Below, piece by piece: positions 54,182-64,000 of a DNA stretch of 64,000 nt. The stretch is from Octopus vulgaris (taxonomy: Eukaryota): positions 12,648,001 to 12,712,000 of the forward strand of contig OX597826.1 of NCBI GenBank assembly GCA_951406725.2. Direction: 5' to 3'. A program made the translations under genes and the position numbers. Each line of letters starts with the position of its first letter. Position 1 is the stretch's first letter. Below the pieces are notes generated by a model. That model had not been told where the DNA came from and did no database searches. It worked only from the letters and a program-made list of their open reading frames with translations.

Positions 54182-55261
54182 GTAGAAATATATTTCTCAA
54201 CTTTTTTAACGCTTCAACTGATGAATTCATTTTCAGATGATGCAACACAATCATATTGCACTTGTGAAGAAAATATTGATAATAGTAGTATATATAGTGC
54301 CATTGGTGATGATCCTTTTTTTCTCTTTGTCGTGTTAGTGCAAGGCATTATAGCATATGTATTTAGAAGTCCTGCAACAATGTTTTAGCTGCCCTTGAAC
54401 ATTCCAGCTTCAAACTGTTTGTCACATCTCTGACCCATGCTTTTGTGTCAATTAGGACTACTGGCAAAACAGCAAAGCATTCGCTAGTTATGTACTGCAG
54501 CCATTTGTTGCAGATATGAACTAGCATCGAGGTAAATTTTATAATTAAATGGGCAATCTACATCAACGATATATTATGTGAAATTTCGATATAGAAGATC
54601 GATCGATAGATAGATAGATAAACGGCAGTAAAGTGTGATTGTTTTGTATTTGTGAATGTGAAAACGCAGGCTGGAAAGCAGAACATTTTCCAATAGAAGT
54701 CGGATGTAGAGGGTTCGTTGGACACAGTGTGAGACGACTGTTGTTATTGCTAGTCCTAACTCACCGATATCCAAACTATAGTGGAGAAGGCTAGCCACTG
54801 GATTTGGTTAAAAAGAGACGATGACTGATGGCTAGAAGAATATTGAGCTTTATTTGATAACCAGCTGATCCAGCAAGTGGGGCCTCATATCAGTGAGGGG
54901 GGCCGGTGCGCATTGATGCCGTCGAGAGGTAGGCCCGGAAATGGCGCGCATTCTCTCCTGATGACCCCATACACTTGCTGGCTTCTAGTATGCGGAGTTT
55001 TTGAATGGTAGCACTTGCATGTGCAAGCTGTTTGCAAGATATCCTGATACTTTAGTTGATGTTTAAAGTACGTATTAGTCTCGCGTTACAAAAATCTAAC
55101 CGCCTCTTCTACACTGGATAATAATACCCACTGAATAAACAAGTACAGTAGTGCGTTAATTGTCGGTGTTTGTTTATTATATCAGAATTAGTCTACAATC
55201 TACTGTACATTTTTATAGGCCTTAATCTCTTCTTTGCTGTAAGTACAAACACAATATAAAT

Positions 55262-55728
55262 ATTGGTTTCAAACGTTTGCACAAGGCCAGCAATTCCGTG
55301 GCTGGGGCTAAGTCGATTACATTGACCCCTGTATTCTATTTGTACTTACTTTATCAACTCCAAAAGAATGAAAGGTAAAGTTGACCTCGGTGGATTTTGA
55401 ACTCAGAACGTAAGGACAAGCGAAATGTCTATTTCTTTACTACCGACAAGGGACTAAACACAGAGGGGACAAACAAGGACAGACAAACGTATTAAGTTGA
55501 TTACATCAACCCCAGTGTGTAACTGGTACTTAATTTATGGAACTGGAAAGGATGAAAGGCAAAGTCGACCTCGGCGGAATTTGAACTCAGAACGTAACAG
55601 CAGATGAAATACCGCTAAGCATTTCGCCCGGCATGCTAACGTTTCTGCCAGCTCGCCGCCTTGACACAAGCGAAACGCCGCTAAGCATTTTGCCTGGCGT
55701 GCTAACGTTTTCGCCAGTGCTCCGCCTT
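55262..55728 (-). mobile_element. Young family-3 SINE (55430-55662) nested in an older family-3 copy
   Basis: Two heads in tandem; imperfect duplication ACAAGCGAAA(T/C)G(T/C)C at both junctions. Confidence 0.8.
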
Positions 55729-55956
55729 CACACATTATAAATAATGACATTAAACAAAAATGCTTTAGTCACCAGCCACTCATTAATTATGCAGTTAAAA
55801 GAACAAATAAGAATGTCAAGATTAAAACCTAAATTATGCATGCTCATATATGAGGTAAAAGCTAAGTAACATTGGTCGAGAACAAATATTCCTTTGGTCA
55901 CCAGCAAGTGCGAAGGGCACTACCTGGTGTCCCCTCAACGTAGCGGCAGCAGCAGC

Positions 55957-56014
<58 letters not shown>

Positions 56015-56185
56015 ATAGCGGCAGCAGCAACAGTAGCGGATAACAGAAATACTAACAGAAACGTTCATCAGATAATCGGTCATTCTTTTGCCGTCTCATT
56101 TCTTATATATACATATTACTCGACCTCTGGTATTTGAATACTCATTTTTCCACCTTGTTTCACATTTATGTGCTTACTTCCGTAC

Positions 56186-56228
<43 letters not shown>

Positions 56229-56233
<5 letters not shown>

Positions 56234-56434
56234 GTAAAATAATATGTAACAATTATTCAGTAGCCAAGATAAAACTCTGAGTTTCGGATGCCGAGGTGGA
56301 ATTCCACACCACCACCGCTTCGATTATCTGGCCAGATAACTGAAGAGATGGTGGTGTGGATTTCCACCTCGGCATCCGAAACTCAGAGTTTTATCTTGGC
56401 TACTGAATAATTGTTACATATTATTTTACAGATA
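56229..56434. repeat. About 206-bp near-perfect palindrome beside (TA)n
   Basis: TATCTGTAAAATAATATGTAAC...GTTACATATTATTTTACAGATA centred on TCTGG|CCAGA. Confidence 0.95.
56334..56396 (+). ncRNA. Type I hammerhead ribozyme in the right palindrome arm
   Basis: AGATAA-CTGAAGA-GATG..CATC(C)-GAAAC-TCAGA-GTT-TTATCT; stem II register is imperfect. Confidence 0.65.
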
Positions 56435-56492
56435 AATTTCCTCTATTTACAAAATATTGAGGTCTCTTTGTTTTGCTATCTTACCGTCTTTA

Positions 56493-56583
<91 letters not shown>

Positions 56584-56851
56584 GTGTGTGTGTATATATA
56601 CAAACATGTGTTTGTGTGTATATGGGTGTATATGTATTCAGGTAGGTAGGTAGGTAGGCAGGCAGACGGGCCGGCAGGTAGACAGGTAGGCAGGTAGCTA
56701 GGTCCGAAATCTGTTTGCATATAAGCTGTACAAACGTAGCTGGGGCTAAGTCGATTACATTGACCCTAGCATTCAACTGGTACTTACTTTATTAATAGGT
56801 TTTGAAAACTACATTTTGTTGATATGATGGTCTTTAATATATAATAAAAAT

Positions 56852-57104
56852 AAATGCGCCGTTTTTAAAGCCTAGCCAGGCTCATGGGCACGGTTTCCCG
56901 GTTTCTATGGCGTATGTGTAACCCAGCTGAACGGGACGCTTGTCCATCGCAGCGTTACTCATTTTTGTCAGCTGAGTGGACTGGAGCAACGTGAAATGAA
57001 GTGTTTTGCTCAAGAACACGACGCATCGCCCGATCCAGGAATCGAAACTATAATCTTACGATCATGATGCTGACTCTCTAACCACTAAGCCAAGCATCTC
57101 CACA
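56852..57104 (-). mobile_element. tRNA-headed SINE with CACTCAGCTG core and tail A
   Basis: TGGCTTAGTGGTTAG head, CACTTCATTTCACGTTGCTCCAGTCCACTCAGCTG core, GAAACCGGGAAACCG..GGCTAGGCTT tail. Confidence 0.8.
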
Positions 57105-57507
57105 CTCTTTAATATATACAGGCCCTGAAATTTGGAGAAAGAACTTTTTCAATTACATCATCACCTGCACTTGACTATGTTTTATCCACTCCGAGGCAAT
57201 TAAAGGCAAAGTCGACCTTGGTGAATTTTGAACACAGAATGTAAAGCCGGAACCCATGCGAATGTGCATTTTGTCCGCTATGCTAACGATCCTGCTAATT
57301 CGAGTTGGTAAAATACAAACAGAAAATGCAAATGAAAATAGTTAATATCTGAAAGTACAGGTGATAGCTAGGGCAGAGTTGGCTGCATTATTAGCACACA
57401 GGACAATGTGATTAGCTGCCTCTCTCTTGCTCTTTCCGTTCTCATTTCAAATCCTGAAATTGTCATCTTTGCCGTTCATCACTTCAGAGTTGTTACGATA
57501 CAGTGCC

Positions 57508-57740
57508 TATTTCTTTACTACCCACAAGGGGCTAAACACAGAGAGAACAAACAAGGACAGACAAACGGATTAAGTCGATTATATCGACCCCAGTGCGTAA
57601 CTGGTACTTATTTAATCGACCCCGAAAGGATGAAAGGCAAAGTCAACCTCGGCTGATTTTGAACTCTGAACGTAGCGGCAGACGAAATACCGCTAAGCAT
57701 TTCGCCCGGCGTGCTAACGTTTCTGCCAGCTCGCCACCTT
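57508..57740 (-). mobile_element. Young family-3 SINE inserted antisense in an older copy (about 57372-57800)
   Basis: Full head and tail; imperfect TSD TACGATACAGTGCC/TAAGATAAAGTACC. Confidence 0.85.
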
Positions 57741-58531
57741 AATAAGATAAAGTACCGGTCAAGCACAAGGATCGATTTGTCCCGTCTCCTCAAAATTACT
57801 GACCTTACATCCTGCAATGGGCTCGCGTCTAGTTCAGGGAGAATATTGTATTTTAAACGCTATGGAAACCAGGTAATCAACTTTATATGTCTTAAGGCTG
57901 AAGGAGGAGAAAAACAATTATGATGTTATGAAATAAAGTTGCATTACTTCACAGGCATGAGTAATGTTTTTTGTTTTTTAAACCCGTATGAACGCCACAC
58001 AATCTCCTTTCTATATTGTCTACAACAAATTGAAATTTTATTCGTACGTCTCAAATCAACACACATGCGTGCGGAATGGTGAGCATACACACATTCGTAG
58101 TTCAATCATTAGAGATATATTTGGGTCGCTTGCTGGTCGATATAAATCTACTGATTAAAAGCCACCATTTGGTACAGATATGGTATTTCAGTTAAGATTC
58201 ATAGAAATGTTTTCCGTGTTTTCTCTCCGAAACAAAATTCATTCTAAATTAGTGTTAGCGGATCAAATGTCAGAAAAAATTGATCAGCTCATGTTTCTAG
58301 GTTACATTGACATAACTTCTAACTCTAACTACTCCATAATTAATTAAACGTATTATAATATATGCACTGAGTGAATGATTGATTATAGGGTGTGTAGGTG
58401 TGAATGGAAAATCACACAGAAATCTCACTTACACCCATACACCTACATGCACGCTATCGCGCATGCACGAAAATGCATGACACCATACACACATGGGAAT
58501 ATATATATATATATATAAATTTGTGTGTCTA

Positions 58532-58581
<50 letters not shown>

Positions 58582-58636
58582 TAAATCTACATGAATAAAT
58601 ATAATAGCTAACGTGTAAGAATATGAATATAATGTG

Positions 58637-58690
<54 letters not shown>

Positions 58691-58697
58691 CATACAT

Positions 58698-58739
<42 letters not shown>

Positions 58740-58799
58740 GCATATTCCTACATCTATATGAATACCTATAGTCGCTAATGTGTGAGGATATGTATATAA

Positions 58800-58896
<97 letters not shown>

Positions 58897-59461
58897 TTTG
58901 TATGCATGTAGGTAGGTATGTATGTATGCATCCGATAATGTAGGTACATAGATTTGTGCACTTGTCACAATACACATCTAAATCATACAAATCGTAGATG
59001 TTACATTATCTGTTATTAGACGGCTCTGTGCTCGTGCATGCGTGCAGAGTGCGTGTTGTTACATAACTATGAAATACTGATATTGATATATAAACCTCAA
59101 CACATGATTACAAATAGCTACTTACACATTCCTTTACAGCTTTCGATCTGGTTTACCTCGCTTAACCTTTCACCTACTCTTACATTATATCTCTCTTCGT
59201 TTCCCCGTAATATCATCATCGTCTTCGTCGTCGTCGTCATCGCCAACCTCATCAATCTTTATCATCATCGTTTTGATATTTTTCGAATAAAAATGTGTGC
59301 TTTGCTCAGACTAAATTATAAAGATCAATCAATAACCAAATATTAAAGGTAAATTATTTCCAGTTCATTATAAACAAAACTTACTGAATGCTTTAAATTG
59401 AACATACAATTCAGTAAAAGGCTGGTATTATGGTATTAGGCACACTCAACGTCACTATGGT

Positions 59462-59501
<40 letters not shown>

Positions 59502-59505
<4 letters not shown>

Positions 59506-59941
59506 AATAAGCAACAAGAATGATTCCGGTAAATTGGTACGATCGTTTCGTACTACATCATTTTATTAAATGCTGTAAGTATTACAACAGTTTTAAAATG
59601 CTGAGCACTCATCAGCCAATTATAGAGGTTTTCCATTAATGCACAAATTTTCATATCAAGTGGCAACATTATAGAGAAGGTAGATACATAGACAAAGATG
59701 TGGATTTAAATTTTAAGAACATTTGAGGTAGTGGAGCCCATCAACTGACTGACTAAGATACAGTTGTTCTGAGAGAAAAGAACAAATGAAAAGAGACAAT
59801 AAAGATTTTCTAATTATAGAAATGGGGTAAAGGGTATGTCATAGCTCCATATAAGGAATTTATGTAGAAGACAGCATTGTCACAACTAAATGCCAATTAC
59901 TACTATTTGATGAACAGATTCAGCGTTAGGAGAACTAGGTC

Positions 59942-59945
<4 letters not shown>
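59502..59945 (-). mobile_element. (TA)n-embedded hammerhead-bearing pLTR-like element
   Basis: Unique segment bounded by (TA)n on both sides, containing an HHR. Confidence 0.6.
59532..59621 (-). ncRNA. Type I hammerhead ribozyme
   Basis: Minus strand: AATTGG-CTGATGA-GTGCT..CATTTTA..TAAAATG..AGTAC-GAAAC-GATC-GTA-CCAATT. Confidence 0.85.
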
Positions 59946-59983
<38 letters not shown>

Positions 59984-60194
59984 TGAGAGAGACAAGTAGA
60001 TCGATCGATAGATAGATAAATAGATAGAAAGTTGGAGAGAGGAATTAAAATAAAAAATTAAGGCGTTTTAGTTACGGAATATAACCTTATAGACTCTCTT
60101 ACAGCTGTTTCTAGAATAGCCAAGCATGTGGATCATGATCCACATTGTGCCAAAACTCCTCGCATATTCTATATATATATGTGTGTGTGTGTGT

Positions 60195-60482
60195 GGAGGC
60201 GCAATGGCCCAGTGGTTAGGGCAGCGGAATCGCGGTTTCGATTCTCAGGCCGGGCGTTGTGTGTGTTTATTGAGCGAAAACACCGAAGGCTCCACGACGC
60301 CCCGGCAGGGGTTGGGGGCAACCCCTGTTGTACTCCTTCGCCCCAACTTTCTCTCATTCTTTCTTCCTGTTTCTTGAGTAAAGCTGCGATGGACTGGCGG
60401 CGTGGGGGGGGGGACACATACAACACAGAAACCGCGAAACCGGGCCCATGATCCTTGCTAGGCTTGAAAAGGGCGCATAAAA
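60195..60482 (+). mobile_element. tRNA-derived SINE family 1, tail A
   Basis: Homologous to 1790-2092. Confidence 0.85.
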
Positions 60483-60717
60483 AATTATATATATATATAT
60501 ATATATATATTCTTTTACTCTCTTTTATTTGTTTCATTCATTTTACTGTGGCCATGCTGGAGCACCGCCTTTAGTCGACCAAATCGATCCCAGGACTTAT
60601 TCTTTGTAAGCCAAGTACTTATTCTATCGGTCTTATTTGCAGTACCATTAAGTTACGGGGACCTAAACACACCAGCGTCAGTTATCAAGCGATGTTGTGG
60701 AGACAAACACAGACACA

Positions 60718-60755
<38 letters not shown>

Positions 60756-60773
60756 TACATGCATATATATATT

Positions 60774-60814
<41 letters not shown>

Positions 60815-60822
<8 letters not shown>

Positions 60823-61055
60823 GAAAGAATGGAGTTGAACGACGATTTAACAAAATTCCTTTTTCTCGACATATGTTTCGAAGGCTGCATATTCCTAATT
60901 TCGAAGGAATAAGGGGTGCATTATGCCGCCTTCTCATCAGGAAAAACAAGGAACATAAATTCCTTCGAAATTAGGAATATGCAGCCTTCGAAACATATGT
61001 CGAGAATAAAGGAATTTTGTTAAATCGTCGTTCAACTCCATTCTTTCATTTATTT
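60815..61055. repeat. Inverted repeat with ~95-bp arms and a ~47-bp spacer
   Basis: AAATAAATGAAAGAATGGAGTTGAACG.. / ..CGTTCAACTCCATTCTTTCATTTATTT. Confidence 0.95.
60858..60951 (-). ncRNA. Type I hammerhead ribozyme
   Basis: Minus strand: CCTTGTTTTTC-CTGATGA-GAAGGCGGCATA..TATGCAGCCTTC-GAAAC-ATAT-GTC-GAGAAAAAGG. Confidence 0.85.
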
Positions 61056-62166
61056 GTATTAAAAAAACACACAAATTCCCACACGAAAGCACGGGATCTC
61101 TGCCCTTGGCATGTAGCTTCAACCGTGTTTTTCTGACGTGAATTTGCTACCCAGGTATCGGTTAACCGAATTATCCATACTAAGATAAATCATTCAACTA
61201 CTTATATATATATATATATATATATGCATACATATATACGACGGGCTTCTTTCAGTTTCTGTCTACCAAATCGACTCACAAGGCTTTGGTTGGCCCGAGG
61301 CTACAGTAGAAGACAGTCTCCGAAGGTGCCACGCAGTGGGACGGAACCCAGAACCATGTGGTTCGTAAGCAAGGTACTTACCACACAGCCCCTCCTACGC
61401 TTATATATATATATAGAATAGGCGGTTTATGGGTGCGGCTTCCAAACGCATTGGTTATATTGACAATACCGGAAAATAGTATCTGCTTTTTACTGCAGAG
61501 CGAACGGGAATGTGGAGGGATATAAGCAATGGAGTTGCATTGAAAGTATTAATGAATGCTTTTACTCCTTATTACTTTCCTTGTTAAATAGTTTTGTTCT
61601 TTAAAACATTTTATGTGTCGAGTGTTTGTGTTCGCTTGTTAATTGTTTACATTTGGAGATTGAGCTAAATTCCTGATATATATATTAATTTCAAAATGTA
61701 ACCTTTTCAATTACAGATGTGAGAGTCTTTCTGTCTTCTTTCTTTTAACTTCATAAGAAAACAAGTTACATAGGATTGAAAATTGAAAAGCAAATATTTG
61801 GCAGAGACACATTTAACAACGCAACTATCTGAATGTAATTTAAATATTTCAAACTGAATATGAAAGCAAGAAATAAAATTTCTACAGCTGTGTTACGATA
61901 TATAGACACTATTGTACCACATCCATTTTATGTTTTGTATCGATGGAAAGATTTTGCGTAAGAAACGGATAATGTGATTTCAATATTTTGTCGAATGATT
62001 TAAGTAAACATAGGAAATCTACAACGCATTTTCTCACAAAATATTCTTTTGACCATTTTCCTAGTTAATAACTATTGTCTGCATTAACCGTTTACTTATT
62101 CTATATGCCAGAGATATACACACATATATATGCATAAATATATACACATACACACATACATACATA

Positions 62167-62204
<38 letters not shown>

Positions 62205-62330
62205 CATATATATATTATATATATATATTATGTGTGTGTATGTGCGTGCGTTTGTATGTGTGTATGTCTGTGTCTGTTGTGTGTGTGTATATATATATTA
62301 GGCATCAGAGTGAATAAAATATTAGTTAAT

Positions 62331-62962
62331 CTTATACTCGAGTTTCGCTATTAATGACCAAATAAAGTAATTTGGCATCTGTAGAGCATTAGTAAGGTCG
62401 CTAAATAAATTCAGCAGTAAATAAATTCAGCGGTGTAATACACAGCTTAAGAATTGAAAAATTTTACTGCATAAATATAAGTGTAAAAAATTATTCAAAT
62501 AATTTATAACCGGTGGTTCTCATGTATAATAGAAGTCATAAGACGGAAAATATTTTACATCAGAATGTATAAAGATTTATATACGGAGAGAAGACTCTTG
62601 ACAGGACTTTTAACATGCTGAAAAAGGCAGTTAAAGCCAAACCACGAAAAACAAGAAATTCTTAAGTCACGCTGCTAATAGGCACCAGTGTTAATTAAAA
62701 AATAGTTAACGCTATTCTCCAGTTTCGCTATTAATGACCAAATATATTTAATATGGCATCTGTAGCACATCAGTCGGGTCGCTAAAATGCATAATAACGT
62801 GGCTATAATACGCACCGAAAACACGAAGTAAACATGTGTGTGGACAGCTCTATCCTTAAACATTATGGATTCAACCCTTGTGTCAGTGCGTATTCAGAAT
62901 AGCACAGCAGTAAATAAATTCAGCTGTGTACTACACGGCTTATGAATTGAAAAAATTGACTA
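62331..62962 (-). mobile_element. Tandem pLTR-like repeat with two decayed hammerheads (62331-62396, 62712-62778)
   Basis: Repeated AGTTTCGCTATTAATGACCAAATA..GGCATCTGTAG and CAGCAGTAAATAAATTCAGC blocks; minus strand reads CT(A/G)ATG..TAGC-GAAAC-TCGA-GTA in the first copy. Confidence 0.55.
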
Positions 62963-63016
62963 TATATGAATATATATATATATATATACATATGTGTGAG
63001 TGTGTGTGTGTGTGTG

Positions 63017-63077
<61 letters not shown>

Positions 63078-63196
63078 CAATATAAGGAATGGTCATATAG
63101 GACATTCGACTCACTAGAAAGAGCAGCCAAAACTCATACCGCTAAATAGTTGTAATTCTGAAATAGAAAGAGAAATAAAAACGTTTACCCCTTTCG

Positions 63197-63293
63197 TCTC
63201 TGGACTATGCATAGTTTCGGCAAAACTTTTTGCAAATGAATTAATTAAGTTAAATTAAATTCATTTACATCTGGCGTGCCTCGTCAGCAGAGA
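63197..63293 (-). ncRNA. Type I hammerhead ribozyme inside a (TA)n-bounded element (about 63073-63468)
   Basis: Minus strand: TCTCTG-CTGACGA-GGCA..long AU hairpin..TGCC-GAAAC-TATGCATA-GTC-CAGAGA. Confidence 0.85.
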
Positions 63294-63466
63294 GCCTAGG
63301 ACGAGTATATGTCCACGAGGCTATGGTAAAGAAGCCTCCAGTCACATATGCCCTAAATTTTCAAATCTTACCGCAATCGCGCGGTCTACTCAGCAGCAAA
63401 TATAAACTGCTGATTTAATTTCAAAATTAGCCAAAAAATCATTAATTAATAAATATAAGGGTAGCA

Positions 63467-63611
<145 letters not shown>

Positions 63612-63631
63612 TATATAAATATATATAAATC

Positions 63632-63669
<38 letters not shown>

Positions 63670-64000
63670 GCATATAGATATATCTATACATATATATATA
63701 CATATATATATACGTATATATACATACATACATATATACATATATACATATACGTATGCATATGTATATATATATAAATATATATATATATGAGTTCAGC
63801 AAAAATTTAGATTCAGATGAATATGGTACTTAAGTTGAGTCACCAGAATTTAGTACGGTATTATCCATACAATTTCAAAGTAAAATGATTAAAATCAAAA
63901 TAAGCAGCAAGCATATCCAGAGGATATCCTAGTTGCTTATTTTGATTTTAAATATTAATACATATATGAACGTATGTATGTATATATATATATATATATA

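Larger units (their letters stand above)
60511..61401 (-). mobile_element. SINE family 2 split at its internal microsatellite (3' half 60511-60750, 5' half 61236-61401)
   Basis: Colinear halves separated by the HHR palindrome element. Confidence 0.8.

Overview
AT-rich, microsatellite-saturated eukaryotic DNA, almost certainly intergenic or intronic. The SINE repertoire points to an octopod cephalopod (inference). There is no intact long gene: most listed ORFs are translations of (TA)n, (CA)n, (TAT)n or (TCTA)n tracts. The window holds four tRNA-headed/related SINE families with swappable tails, two LINE 3' fragments, a degenerate Ty3/Gypsy element lacking RT, a Penelope-like GIY-YIG remnant, Helitron/Helentron derivatives, TIR MITEs with clean 8-bp TSDs and a 32-bp minisatellite. 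The main hidden signal is a dispersed set of type I hammerhead ribozymes (five well formed, several decayed) in sequence-unrelated, mostly (TA)n-embedded Penelope-pLTR/retrozyme-like elements. They share palindromic stem III, and most have an extended stem II. Other highlights: an ORF1-only, TSD-flanked non-LTR element whose 3' end matches one SINE tail; a LINE 3' end matching another SINE tail; a local inverted duplication splitting an integrase; and a speculative three-exon minus-strand gene fragment at about 21.8-22.8 kb.
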